Notes: generated from the letters alone by a model not told the origin. Counted from the whole stretch's first letter, positions 12,666 to 25,644 are shown. The stretch is 63,680 nt of DNA, filler included, from Globobulimina sp. (GCA_003354225.1; 50 parts of 50 records of this genome joined end to end with filler, not necessarily neighbours in it); one strand, 5' to 3'. Program-made: numbers and translations.

Positions 12666-13052
12666 NNNNNNNNNNNNNNNNNNNNNNNNNNNNNNNNNNN
12701 NNNNNNNNNTTAATTAATTAANNNNNNNNNNNNNNNNNNNNNNNNNNNNNNNNNNNNNNNNNNNNTCATGAAACGATCGTTCTTCAAATAGTTTCATTGC
12801 AGCAATAATAATTAAATTTTTCCTTACTTCTCTTTCATCTTGACGCAATTTCATGAATGTGGACCTATCCGCCATCCTAAAAATCCTCCACAGGTTACTT
12901 TGTTAATAAAACAAACATCACACATGATACATGATATTATAAATAAAAAACGAAAATATCAGAATATTATTATAAACTTATCAATTAGAAATTGCATGAT
13001 ATGAAAATGCTAGAAATTTCATAAACGTAAAAACATCAACAAAAAACTTTGA

Positions 13053-13769
13053 TCAGTTCAACAAACGTTTCTCGACATTATGCAAAATATCAGGGAAATC
13101 ATCAATGCCTTTCTTAATATCATAACTCATTAAAATACCTCTGTTTTCATAGAATGCTAACAATGGATCATTTAATTCATAAAATACATTCAATCTCCGT
13201 TCAATTATAGTTTCATTATCATCGTCGCGTACAATCAATTCAGACCCACACTCATCACAAACACCCAATTTGTTTTTAGGTCCCATGGATGGCATTATAA
13301 TGTCTCCTTCATTTATATCACACGCATTGTAGCTTTTCCTGCACGAATGATTGCCACATATCCTTCTGCCCAATGCTTTAGCTTTCAATATATTGTGTGG
13401 TAATTTAAAGTGAATTGCTAAATCCAATGGATATGTTTTGCCCAAACGACTGTCATGAAATTGATGTGCTTGGCTTACAGTCCTGGGAAAGCCATCAAAT
13501 AATACTGATGTGTTTGCATGACTGTAAGCATCTGAACATAACAAATCCGATATCATAGTGAATATTTTGTCATCCGCTACTAAACTGCCTTTCGATAGAA
13601 TAGCATGTATATTGCTATCTGTTTCGGCAGCAATACGGCATAGCTCTCCAGATTCTATTATCGTAGCATTCATCTTCTGTGCCAATAATTTACCATAAGT
13701 TCCTTTGCCTACACCTGGTGCACCAAGTAATAACACATTATAACAACCTTTGGATAAATTAGACAGCAT
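13053..13769 (-). CDS. adk: Adenylate kinase
   Basis: LLGAPGVGKGT, FDGFPRTVSQA, Cys-containing LID, RDDDNETIIERRL. Confidence 0.95.
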   Translation of the reverse strand: MLSNLSKGCYNVLLLGAPGVGKGTYGKLLAQKMNATIIESGELCRIAAETDSNIHAILSKGSLVADDKIFTMISDLLCSDAYSHANTSVLFDGFPRTVSQAHQFHDSRLGKTYPLDLAIHFKLPHNILKAKALGRRICGNHSCRKSYNACDINEGDIIMPSMGPKNKLGVCDECGSELIVRDDDNETIIERRLNVFYELNDPLLAFYENRGILMSYDIKKGIDDFPDILHNVEKRLLN

Positions 13770-14140
13770 TGTAAAGATATTATAAACTAAAAAACTGTAC
13801 TATTATATTTTTTGTCAGTGCTTTGTTAATGCAGTCGTCATAATCGAATTAATGCAAGGACTAGTGTTTGAACCATCTGGTTATTTCAATGATAAACTAA
13901 AAAAGCGGGATAAAAAAAATCCAAATATACATACATCCACANNNNNNNNNNNNNNNNNNNNNNNNNNNNNNNNNNNNNNNNNNNNTTAATTAATTAANNN
14001 NNNNNNNNNNNNNNNNNNNNNNNNNNNNNNNNNNNNNNNNNGGCGTTTTTAATTTCCTTTTTGTTATCATGGTGGAGAGTGAGGTTTAAATTTACAACTT
14101 AAAAATAACTTCTTTACTCACTCTTTATACTTTAATTTCA

Positions 14141-15217
14141 ATGACATATTTATTTCAGAACCTGTTTATTATTATATTTTGTGTAGCATTATTATGCATT
14201 TCACTGAAATTGGCATCACTCTGTTATTATGCATTGCAATTGGCATCACTCTGTTATTATATTAATGTTTTGGTCATTTGCATTATCGCTTCAATCGATT
14301 ACATTCTCAACTTTTCAATTATTACATATCTCTTTAGTGTCAGCATTGTAATCTCGTGTTATATTTATTACAAATTACATCAACAGAAATCGACAAATTA
14401 CTATAATAGCATTAAGGAAAAGAAAGCATTAAGGAAACAACATCAGAGAGAAATTAATCTATTAACAAAGCAAAACTCAGAATATTTGCTAATTATATCT
14501 ACACACAAAGAACAGGTTCAGTCCGAAAAAAATCTAAACAAAAAGTTGCACGAAGAAAAAGTTGAGCTGATCAAAACAGTCACAACTACGCAATTTGAAA
14601 GAGATGAAATGGAAAAGAAAGCATTAATTTTAAGGGAAAGTGCAGAATTTATATTTTTGTGGAAATGGAAGGATGATAAAAATAAATGGATGCGGTATGA
14701 TCATAAAATCAATAAAAAGATAAATAAATTATCATTGAATGAATCATTAATATACAAATCAGAGAAGAATGATTATAATTATTCGATTACGAAAACCAGC
14801 CAAAAATGTGGATTTCAGATGAATTTAAAAACGGAAAAAAAGAGAGAAATTAAACGAGATAAACAAGCCATTGATGCTTTGATTGAAGAAAAAGAAAATT
14901 TACAAACTAAAATGAAAGTTGTATTGCAAAGAGCACGTACACGTCGTCGTCGACAATATAGAAAAGAGATAAACACATTATTGAAAAAAGTAGAACAAAA
15001 AGATAATGACTATGTAGATTTACAGCAAAAAGTTGGCTATGAAGTGTTGTGGGAACGGTATAATGCTTCAACACAAATGTGGATACAATGCGCACCCGAA
15101 ATATACGATGGTTTAGAACAATTATCAGTGAATGAAGAAGCGGCATATCATGGTGATGACAATTATTTGTATAAATTTAAACGTTTAACAAAAGATACAG
15201 CCAAACAATGGATTGTT
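14141..15217 (+). CDS. Membrane-anchored coiled-coil protein with two WWE-like domains, 3' partial
   Basis: Hydrophobic N-terminus; WKWKDDKNKWMRYD...QMNLKTEKKREIKR; second copy LWERYNASTQMWIQC. Confidence 0.65.
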
Positions 15218-15758
15218 NNNNNNNNNNNNNNNNNNNNNNNNNNNNNNNNNNNNNNNNNNNNTTAATTAATTAANNNNNNNNNNNNNNNNNNNNNNNNNNN
15301 NNNNNNNNNNNNNNNNNAGTGATACTTTTGCATCCGTATCAAGGATAATTTTGCAGTGTAACAATGCGATGACAGTAAAAGTGATCGATTGGATCTGTGA
15401 TTTACGGAAAAAGAAAAAAGGGAAAATGGTCAAGTTTACCTCTAAAGATATTCAAGATTTTATTGAGAATGATAATGATTTGTTGGATGACGCGTTGTTT
15501 CATATTTTGAGAGTTTTTACTTTTTTTGGTTGGTTAAGTTTAGAATGTAGATAAATACTATAAATTATACCATTGCAAATTGCTATTTTGTACATGTTTC
15601 ATTTTAACAGCAAATGGACAGAGTCAACATTTTTCAGTTTCTTTTCATAATCTTGTCGTTTTTAGGAATTCCAGGACTTTTAGAACTTTGCGTCTATATA
15701 CAAATGAATATGATGGATCCTAAAACATGAACGACAATGATTATGAAAATAAGTATAA

Positions 15759-16493
15759 TCAATGTACACATATACTTACTATGTCATTATGTGTCTCATA
15801 ATTATAAACCCGCACTTTTCTGCCAGTTTGACGCAAAAACGTTTCCCACTCTTTTGTTTGATTGCGATTGGTTGTAATTTCTGTTAATCCCATTTCATTC
15901 TCAAATTCTAATTGATTTGGCGATGTAATCCCTGAATCAATAATGTTAAGCTTTTGTAATGTTTGGGGTATGTTTACCAGTCTTGTTACATATTTACATC
16001 CTTTCATATCAAAGTATTCTGTCATTGTAAGAGTAGCATTGCATGCCTTGAAATCAATAACTCCTTGGATTGGATTGTTAGAAATATAAACATACTTCAA
16101 AGCGAATGACAGACCAAATGTTTCATCATCTAACCGCGTAAACTTATTATTAGCAATGGATAAATCTTCAATACCATCATCAAATAAAAACTGTTGTAAT
16201 GAATTTAAATTATTGTCTTTTAATCCAACGAGATCGAATGCTGGAATTTCCAAATATTGCAACACCTCTTGATTTAAATACGTTTTATTGTTTAATTTTA
16301 AACAATAATATACACTGAACCTCTGCCATTCTATTATTTCTCTATTAATCATTGAACTGATCATGTTTGAATATGTTGTTTTTATTTGTTTTTTGAAATT
16401 CTGATCAAAATGTAATCTGTTTGCGGAGCATGCAATTGTTCCATTTTCTTTTTCTTTTTCTTGGCTCATAAATGCATTTATTAATCTTCCATA
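15759..16493 (-). CDS. Leucine-rich repeat protein, C-terminal part
   Basis: LKDNNL, LSIANNKFT, LKYVYISNNPIQG, LQKLNI. Confidence 0.7.
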   Translation of the reverse strand, partial: YGRLINAFMSQEKEKENGTIACSANRLHFDQNFKKQIKTTYSNMISSMINREIIEWQRFSVYYCLKLNNKTYLNQEVLQYLEIPAFDLVGLKDNNLNSLQQFLFDDGIEDLSIANNKFTRLDDETFGLSFALKYVYISNNPIQGVIDFKACNATLTMTEYFDMKGCKYVTRLVNIPQTLQKLNIIDSGITSPNQLEFENEMGLTEITTNRNQTKEWETFLRQTGRKVRVYNYETHNDIVSICVH

Positions 16494-16593
16494 NNNNNNN
16501 NNNNNNNNNNNNNNNNNNNNNNNNNNNNNNNNNNNNNTTAATTAATTAANNNNNNNNNNNNNNNNNNNNNNNNNNNNNNNNNNNNNNNNNNNN

Positions 16594-16716
16594 ACCAGCG
16601 GGAATTTTCCCCATGTGCCAGAAGTGAATTTAGACGGCTTTCTTAAGGAGGTAAAGCTGGCCGCGCCCGAGGCCGAACTTGTAGTGCCGTTTCCATTTCG
16701 GGAAATGGAGCTTTAA
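16594..16716 (+). CDS. C-terminal 40 aa of a bacterial protein
   Basis: Open frame ...LAAPEAELVVPFPFREMEL* with TAATG overlap and GGAG RBS for the next gene. Confidence 0.55.
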   Translation, partial: TSGNFPHVPEVNLDGFLKEVKLAAPEAELVVPFPFREMEL

Positions 16717-17045
16717 TGCCAAAGCTTCTTGGCATAAGTGGAAGGTTCGGTTTACGCGCCAAATTGGTTCTGGTGATGGTACTTCTGTCGATTATCCCCC
16801 TTTTAATTTTGTGGTTCAATGTAACAAGACAAATCCGGTCATTTCAGATATCAGTTGTTAACGAAGCAAAAAGGCATGCTCTAAAATCCGGCAATGTGCA
16901 AACCAAAGAACAAAGCAAGGAGCTTGCAAATAAGTATTCTGCCCGGATGGATAAGGATATTGAAAAACAGGTTTTCAGGATGTTTGCGTTCAATCTGACT
17001 TTGATGATCAGTGCATGCATTGCGTTAATTGCCATTTGCTGTCAA
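16716..17045 (+). CDS. N-terminus of a bacterial two-TM sensor protein (histidine kinase/MCP type), cut by a probable chimeric junction
   Basis: GLRAKLVLVMVLLSIIPLLIL TM1, short extracytoplasmic region, TM2; abrupt change to AT-rich sequence near 17045. Confidence 0.6.
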
Positions 17046-17735
17046 CAAATTCTTTTATTCCATATTCAATCCAGTTTACTTTACGTTGTATGATTTGGAG
17101 AATGCCGTCTCTTTCTGGTATGGGATAGATTAAAAAGCCATTTTTTATGAATTGGATCTGAATCAGCGATGTTTCTGTTTGTGGTGATTGCGATTCCTTT
17201 AATTCTTTTTCTTGAATGGCACAATGACAAAATACATTATTTGTGCCGAAAATATCCGAATCCATTTCATTATATTTTAAAATACCGCGTAAATCTGCGT
17301 TATATTTAATAAAATTATTCAGAATTTCGGTTATTTTCCGTGGGGATAAATGGTTTGGTTTTGATTGTTTCATTGTCATTTCATTAAAATCTCCTCCTTT
17401 TTTACCGTCAACAATTTGAAGTGAAACTGAACAAAATCTTTTTAATAAACAATGTATTCCAAACAAATAATTTTCCATTTTTTTATGTGATTGTTTCATA
17501 TTCCCCGCAATTACTATTTTAATGGTTATTTTATTCATTAATGCATTATTTTTATTGTTATTTAATTGAATGGATTGCGTCATTTCTTTCACATTTTGGG
17601 TATTTTCATCAAATGTTAATGTCACTTCTTTGACGCAATTAATATTTGAATTTGTGTAATATGTCATTGCTATTATTTTGCCGCATGATTTTGATGCTGC
17701 ACTCCAGCCGAGAACATTTTTATTAATATCCTCTG
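17045..17735 (-). CDS. Hypothetical eukaryotic exon
   Basis: 219-aa AT-rich, Asn/Lys-rich ORF preceded by an intron-like TTTCATTTCGCAG acceptor. Confidence 0.45.
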
Positions 17736-18337
17736 CGAAATGAAAATGAAAATGTAATATGTCTATAAANNNNNNNNNNNNNNNNNNNNNNNNNNNNNNN
17801 NNNNNNNNNNNNNTTAATTAATTAANNNNNNNNNNNNNNNNNNNNNNNNNNNNNNNNNNNNNNNNNNNNATCATGTCCTCTTTATCGTAGTCGTCGTCGT
17901 GGCGTAGTCAGTCCAAATTAAACAAAAGGCCATGTGTTTGGTGCAGTATGCATTCTAAGGACCCTTCCCCATATGTGCAGCGCGAAGACGGCATCACTTA
18001 GATTAATAAATGTTTAGTGGTCCGAAGGCTCAGAGGATATCATAACAAACCTTAGCGGAGGCTTCCACTCCATTTATGCATAACTCTCAACAGCCAGACA
18101 CACTGTGCCAATGCCATGTATTTTGTGTATAATCTGCGGGTCCCAATGTACTATGTAGTTGTTCAGAAGGTCTCCAATGTTCTGATTAATTATTTGGCCC
18201 TGCTCTCTATTGGTGGGAGTTCAGAAGGCTTCCAAATGTTAATTTGTTTAATATTGGCCCTGCTCTATTTAGTGGCGATCACAGTTTGCATGAATACATA
18301 CTTTAATTGACGGGATGTTCAATAATACACAACCTCC

Positions 18338-18900
18338 TCGCGGTACATCCTGGGCAATGCAATTTAAATATTTTTAATTGTAGCTAATGTGTATATCGTT
18401 TTATTTTATGACTCTATGTCTATGGATCTATTGTTTGGTGCGAGGATAAAAAGAATTGAATATTGGTGCAAGGATAAAATAATTGATGATGTGTCAGAAA
18501 CTCACAATTAAAGCATATTTTAGCAGTGATAATATCAACAAACATCGTGATGGTAATATTCAAAATCGTGATTACTGCCAAAATAAATTCGCGGTACATG
18601 CCTGGCAATGCAATTAAATAATCGCAGCTAATGTATTTATGATAAAAAGATGGGATTTTTGGCGATATTTGGAGCAAATGAGAGGATATATTTTAATGTC
18701 AACACATATCCATTCGGTGAGCAGATGTAAGGCATTTTACTATGAATCTATTGTTTGGTGCAAGGATAAAAATAAAATGATTGCAATTTGCAATGAATAT
18801 CACCACTACAATAACCGTTGTAATTCAAATTAATTCGCGAGTTCTATTTATGCATTAAGGCAATTGTTTATCACTGTATTTTGGGCGCAAGGATAATATT
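18338..18900. repeat. Diverged direct repeats in a non-coding contig
   Basis: TCGCGGTACAT.C.GGCAATGCAATT at ~18338 and ~18589; TATG.ATCTATTGTTTGGTGC.AGGATAAAAA at ~18421 and ~18741. Confidence 0.6.
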
Positions 18901-19372
18901 CAAATTTGAGATTATATGCCAGAATGACATTGATTTTTATATGCATGATATATGAGGAGCTGTACAGGCATTTATTGGTGAAAATATTGTGGTTTTATCA
19001 TGAATCTCAAAGTAACCAAAATTCGGAAATCATTTCCATTCATTCNNNNNNNNNNNNNNNNNNNNNNNNNNNNNNNNNNNNNNNNNNNNTTAATTAATTA
19101 ANNNNNNNNNNNNNNNNNNNNNNNNNNNNNNNNNNNNNNNNNNNNACGATGCGTTTTTGAAAAGTTTTTTCAGTTAAAAACAAACAGTTTAGTTTGCAAT
19201 CGGAATGTGTTTATTTCAATGCGTTGGGATATTGCATTGTTGCGATTTAATGTAAAAATATTGCTAGTGTGTGTTTTGTATTAGACAGTGAGTGTTTCTT
19301 TGTGTTTGAGCAAAAATGAAAAGCATTTAACGGTCGCAACGCAGACCACTGTCAAGATAATTATGTCAAGTT

Positions 19373-20308
19373 TTAGATAAAAGTAACGATTTTATGCATG
19401 GTATATCCAGCAATACATAATACTGTGGATATGATAAAGGATAATTTTGTAGGTTTTATAGCTTGTTTCCATTGACATGTTCCATCATTTATTGTGTCAA
19501 TATTTTTATAATATCTTTGCATGAATGAATGTAATTGGTTTTGTGTCGAATATAAATCATTCGAATTATCAATAATTACATTATTTTTGTTTGATGAAAC
19601 ATATAATTTTTTGGATTCAATATCAATTTGTTTATTTATTTTAAGCATTGCTTGTTTTTTATTGATTTGGTCTCTGTCCATTAATCTTTTTATTTGTTTT
19701 TGTTTATTGCAATAAATTAAAATAATAAAATCACAAAATAAATATTGAATATATTTTGATTCGATTAACAAAGGAATATCTAAGATTTGCGTGCGACAAT
19801 AAAATATATTTAACAATAATTCTAATAAAAAATCCAAAAATATTGGCAAACGTGTAATATTCGTTAATTTTTTTAATTTATTTCGATCTTTCCACACAAT
19901 CTCACCTAAGACAACACATTCAAAACTTGTTCAAAAACGCAAATTTGAACGCAAAATGTTTAATTTCATACCTAATCGTTGACGATTTATTGTCCAATCT
20001 TTATTTAATACACTTTCACCAAATTCATTTTTTATGGCACTCCATGACGGCCGACCTACTGCGTAAATATCATGAGCTATTTCATCAAAATCAATCACAT
20101 AAAATGATGTTGAATCTCTGAAATATTTGCAACAAATTGATTTACCCGTTGCTATGCTTCCGGTTAATCCAATTATGTGCACTCCAATGTATTTACGGAT
20201 GATTGTCGATACAATGCATATCACAAATAATATACTAACACAATTCCATAAAATTAACGCAATATTGCGGAATGTAAATATTTGCAGTAAAACAGATAAC
20301 ACATCCAT
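19373..20308 (-). CDS. Dephospho-CoA kinase with membrane anchors, spliced
   Basis: IIGLTGSIATGKS, VIDFDEIAH, INRQRLG|EIVW, LDIPLLIE, QIKRLMDRD; intron 19906-19971. Confidence 0.92.
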
Positions 20309-20421
20309 TGTTATTCTCTAGNNNNNNNNNNNNNNNNNNNNNNNNNNNNNNNNNNNNNNNNNNNNTTAATTAATTAANNNNNNNNNNNNNNNNNNNNNNN
20401 NNNNNNNNNNNNNNNNNNNNN

Positions 20422-20894
20422 TGAAAGGATGCTAAAATAACAAATAAATCGTCAATGTTTGCGACTGAATGCAATTTTTGTATGCATTCCTCAATTACAA
20501 TATGGATTAAATATTTCTGTGCAGCATACAATACATCGACAACAATGTCATATGTTAATTGTGTTTCTTTCATACAAAATAATTTATGCAAGTAACTGAA
20601 TGCTAATGGTTGAACATCCGGGATTTGTATGGCTTCATTCGTTGCGCGAGCAAGTCCGCCAAACAACATCGCTTCAAACACTTCCGATTGTGCTGTAAAT
20701 ACCAATTTATTGGCATTAAATGTTTGTTGATTGTCTGATTCGCCCACAATAAATTGCACATCATTATGTTTATTCTGTTGCAATAAACTTTCAAATTGCT
20801 CCATAACTTGCAGTGCTATTTTCTGTCGTTTTACAGGTGGCCCATCTGATGCTTCGCTATGGATCGCAGATAGACGACGCTTTCTGTTTGACAT
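20422..20894 (-). CDS. BTB/POZ domain protein, 3' partial
   Basis: DVQFIVG...FNANKLVFTAQSEVFEAMLFG...IPDVQPLAF...AAQKYLI. Confidence 0.9.
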
Positions 20895-20958
20895 GCTTAG
20901 AGTTGAGTAGTATGAAGTTGTCAGAATAAAATAAGTGAAGTAAACTAGTCTTCAAAAA

Positions 20959-21597
20959 ATGTCAATGAATACCAACGCTGTAGTCAACCTAATCAACATT
21001 TTATCGCAATTACCGTCACAAACACACCAGCAATTAATCAATTTGATCTCGCAGACACAATATCAGCCACAGCTAGACCCGCCATCCGTTAATAGAAATG
21101 ATTTCTACACGTTACTACCTATCGTGAACACCAATAACACAAACAATAACACAAATAATTCAAATAAGCCCATTAACAGCAACGTTAACCCTCAGCACAC
21201 ACTCCCTAAGATGCCCCAACTACCCTTAAATAACACCAACACTACGTTTAACATTCCTCATTTCTCGCATTGTGTATCAGTGCACGAATGTGCCAGCATT
21301 CGACGTATCGTCAAATTGGGTGTCTTTTATAACAAATATGGTTTGAACATAGCGTCATTGATCAACAATTGTGCTGAATATAACAATTTAAACCAAGATT
21401 ACCAGCATTCCGTCATATACCATTCAGGCATCCACGACAAGCAAACAATCATTGCAATGAGCAAACAGTATGAAAACATCTATGATTTCATCAACAATTT
21501 CGACAATGAATCCGCGTCGACATTGCAAGCGATTAACCAGAAAATGGAGACGCTTTATAACATTAAAAAAGAGGAAAATAGTCAGAATATTTGCAAA
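20959..21597 (+). CDS. Hypothetical Asn-rich protein, 3' partial
   Basis: 213-codon open frame; CVSVHECASIRRI...DYQH motif resembles the one in 41237-42007. Confidence 0.5.
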
Positions 21598-21697
21598 NNN
21601 NNNNNNNNNNNNNNNNNNNNNNNNNNNNNNNNNNNNNNNNNTTAATTAATTAANNNNNNNNNNNNNNNNNNNNNNNNNNNNNNNNNNNNNNNNNNNN

Positions 21698-22873
21698 GGT
21701 GTGGAAATGGACAGAGGCGCTGCTCGTACGAGGGATCCATACATTCTCGACCCCAAGTCAATGGCTGCCTTTAATTTCACCAAGGATGATAACACAGTAT
21801 CAATTGTATCTTACAACACATTATACAAAGATTGGGTGAGCAAAGAAAGGTATCCATACATTAAAAATGAGGAGTTTCGAACATGGCAATATCGACTACC
21901 ACGAATACGTGACACAATCAGCAAATATAAAGCAGATATTGTATGTTTGCAAGAAATCGATATTGATCCAGACACGTTCAACAAAGATTTTGGTGACTAT
22001 TTTAAAAAAGAATTATCATATTCTCATGTATTGGGTCCATGCGCTGTCATCAAACAAAAAAAGAGAGAATCAGATGGCCATTGGGGCAACGCTGTATTAT
22101 ACAATTCAAAAAGATTTAAATTAGTGCACACAGAATGTCTAAAAAAAAATTCACGCGAAATGTTATTACTATTCACGGACATTAATTCTATTCAAAAATG
22201 CTCGAAATGCTGTGTTAATTCTTCAATTTGCTGTATTTATCATTCATTTTTTGTGATCAATGTGCATTTACCCGGCCATCCAAACAAATGGAGAAGTCGA
22301 TTAAATGCAATGCAGCGAATTTTAAATAAGTTAAAAATGTTTACATACCAATATAAAACAAAAAAGATTGAAAAAAAAGCTGTCAAAATAAACACAAATA
22401 TCCACGGAAACCTGCATAATATTCGCATTATAATTTGCGGAGATTTCAATGCACCAAAAACGGGAAATGTGGACAAATTATTGCTGAATAAATGCATTGA
22501 TATCAATCATTATAACATTACATGGAATATTTATGAAGAACAGCAACCAAAACCAAACACGCAAACCAATGAAACGAAAATTGTGCGCTTGGCAGTAAAT
22601 TCAAACCGTTGTGCAGCCATAATCGGAGAGAAAGGAGCAAGAATTAAAGCGATTAGAGAGGAAAGTGAAGCGGCAATATATATACGTGAAGCATCCAAAG
22701 GACAGTACGGATTAAAAAATATGAAACTTTTAAGCATTAAAGGTACAATAGATATTATTTTGAATGCAATACAGTTAATTATTGATGCAGTAAATGAAGA
22801 AAACATTTTGTTATTTATGGAGAGGCAAAATATTGAGTTGTTTGGTATCACCAAAGGGATTGTTGATGTCTGT
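21698..22873 (+). CDS. EEP-family (CCR4/Angel/PDE12-like) nuclease with a KH domain, partial
   Basis: SIVSYNTL, ADIVCLQE, GNAVLY, NVHL, IICGDFNA; then RLAVNSNRCAAIIGEKGARIKAIREES (KH GxxG). Confidence 0.85.
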
Positions 22874-23469
22874 NNNNNNNNNNNNNNNNNNNNNNNNNNN
22901 NNNNNNNNNNNNNNNNNTTAATTAATTAANNNNNNNNNNNNNNNNNNNNNNNNNNNNNNNNNNNNNNNNNNNNGGGGGTTTTTTCTTTTTCGACTAAACA
23001 TTTAATTTTTTTAAAAACAATGTTTAAGTTACATTTGGTTGTTAATTTTTCATTCTTATGTTGCTTGGTTGAAACAGGAAGTACGGAGTTATTTTGCAAA
23101 GATTTCATCGCGAGAAATACTTGTAATCAATCTGGTTGCCTGGTTTACACCGTTTCAATTTTTACTATTCGCAGATGAATCTGTTGTTGTGTGTGTTTGA
23201 GCAAATTTCAAATCCGATCTCTTTGCAAAATTCAGTTATCTGGCAAAAGTAATAGCTGCAGATATTATTAATCCGGCTGAATGCAGTTATTAACGGTAAT
23301 GGTACTGTTAACTATTAGATTGACACGATTACGGAATAACCTGTTTCAAGGCTGTCCCACGACATGCCCTGAAATAGTATTTTATTCTTGCTATAGTTAA
23401 AAGCACCGTTATTGTTGCTGTTTAAAATGCTTGTAATTTTAGGTATTTTAGGAAAGGAGTGAATAGAAA

Positions 23470-24149
23470 ATGAAGAGGTTATTAACAGCAGAAATTGGAA
23501 AATCAATTTTCAGTCTGCTGGCAGTATTCTGTCTCATGTTATTAGTTTTACCTGCCAGCACTATGGCCGCGTACCATTCGGCGTACGCAAATATGGTGGA
23601 CACGAATCCCAACCCCGCACCGCATTGGGCTACGCCTGAAGATGAGGCGTATATCGAGCTATTACAACAAATGCCTAGGCGTTCAACTGAAGCCGCTCCG
23701 GCAACCGGGGAAATCTGGACGCCCGGCGAGTACGAGAAGAACCAGGGAGTATTAGTACCCTGGGAGTCAGGAAGCTATCTTTCCCTGCAGACGGAATTCG
23801 CAGTCGGGATGACAACTGACTCGAGCGGCACCATAGCATATCTAATCGTTTCAGGTGCAAGCCAGTGCACAAGCGCCCGATCTACGATTGATGGCGCGGG
23901 CGGGAATTCGGCCCGCACTGAGTGCATTGTATACAACCTCGACACCGTATGGATTCGTGATTACGGCCCCCGTTATATATTCGTTGATGGTCTGCCTGCA
24001 ATCATTGATCATGAGTACAATCGTAACCGTCCAAGTGACAATGACTTACCGGGCTTGATCGATACCGAGCAGCTACACAAGAACAACAAAAACCCTAAAA
24101 ACACCGCATCGCTGACAAAGAAGTCGGGGGTAAAGGGTGAGAAGTCGGG
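23470..24149 (+). CDS. Secreted bacterial agmatine/peptidylarginine deiminase family protein, 3' partial
   Basis: AGGAAAGGAG RBS, signal peptide, PGEYE..GVLVPW, DTVWIRDYGP, NRPSDND. Confidence 0.85.
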
Positions 24150-24249
24150 NNNNNNNNNNNNNNNNNNNNNNNNNNNNNNNNNNNNNNNNNNNNTTAATTA
24201 ATTAANNNNNNNNNNNNNNNNNNNNNNNNNNNNNNNNNNNNNNNNNNNN

Positions 24250-24855
24250 ATTGGCGGCGTCGATGTCGATGCAGAATCTGGAATGCAATCTCCGCAAACA
24301 CAATACGTGAAAACCTTTGTATTATTAATAAAAGCGTTGCGGAAATATTTGTCAGCGGATAAGGTGATTAGTTATACGTGTTATACTGAGTCGCAATTTG
24401 ATTGTGATATTATCACACAATGCCGAGCGGATATTGACTATATAAATACCATGGCGTATTGGGGAGGCAAAGAGGCACAGATTGCGTTGTATAAACATTA
24501 TGTAAATGATATTGGTGATGCGGATAAAGTAGGGATTGGGGTGAAAGCAGGCAATGGCGGGGATTCTACCACTTTGGATACGGTTAAACAGTGTGCGGAA
24601 TGGTTTAGGGATAATGAGGAGGTTCGGGTGAAACGGATGATGTTATGGAGTTTGACGAGGGATGTTCGAGATATTACTGGTGTCGATGATGGGTTGTATT
24701 TGGATACAATTTATGGCAATATTTGTCCGAATAAAGATACAATTATTCAACAGATTATGCAGTTGATTGAGAGTGATAGTCAGAAAAATAATGTTTTTGT
24801 TGGAAACGATAATAACGTTAATATTATACAAAATATTACCATTAATATTTTATGA
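24250..24855 (+). CDS. GH18 chitinase-like protein, C-terminal part
   Basis: GGVDVDAES (DxDxE) at the contig start, INTMAY, MMLWSLTRD. Confidence 0.75.
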   Translation: MGGVDVDAESGMQSPQTQYVKTFVLLIKALRKYLSADKVISYTCYTESQFDCDIITQCRADIDYINTMAYWGGKEAQIALYKHYVNDIGDADKVGIGVKAGNGGDSTTLDTVKQCAEWFRDNEEVRVKRMMLWSLTRDVRDITGVDDGLYLDTIYGNICPNKDTIIQQIMQLIESDSQKNNVFVGNDNNVNIIQNITINIL

Positions 24856-25644
24856 GTTATATGCTACGTTTTTAGTTTTTAATTCTATACAGATTGCCGT
24901 TTTTGCATACATAAATATTACCCTCCACTTTTTTTTTATTTATTTGAATACTAATTAATATTTGTTATTCATATTGCATTTTTTTATTTATTTTAATATG
25001 AATTCTATACATATTGCATTTGTTTTTTATATTGTGTGGTTTGCTTATTTTTATTTGTCAATTGATGATTAAAAATAAATGTGACACAATTATTTAAATT
25101 TTGTTTTAAATATTGCTTGTTTCTTTTTCATACATATTGCTTTTAAAGTTTTAATGCCTTTATTTTTGTTTGTTTTTTGTGCTGTATTTTTTTTGTCGCT
25201 AATTTTTAAAGTTTAAGAAACATAAATCAGTGAATGATAAATTAATATTTTAATAGACACAAAACAATCAATCAAGTTCCAAGCCATCGAAATGTGATAC
25301 ATTTGTGAATCATTACTATAACTCGATTCACCAGCAGCAATTATACTCTACTGACAACACTGAAAACAGCTTACCTCATCACATTTGTGTAACATTGCCC
25401 TATCAAAAACGACAATAGTCGGTACNNNNNNNNNNNNNNNNNNNNNNNNNNNNNNNNNNNNNNNNNNNNTTAATTAATTAANNNNNNNNNNNNNNNNNNN
25501 NNNNNNNNNNNNNNNNNNNNNNNNNAAAAAAAAATTCCTAAGGAAATCTTCGCTGGGTAATATATATATGATCAATATATTAGCTATATATTAGCACTAA
25601 TCATATATATTAGTGCGTATCTCTTATCGGGAACACTACTGTAT

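Noticed and set aside
24085-24100. AACCCTAAA telomere-like motif
   Set aside because: Single copy; expected by chance in AT-rich DNA
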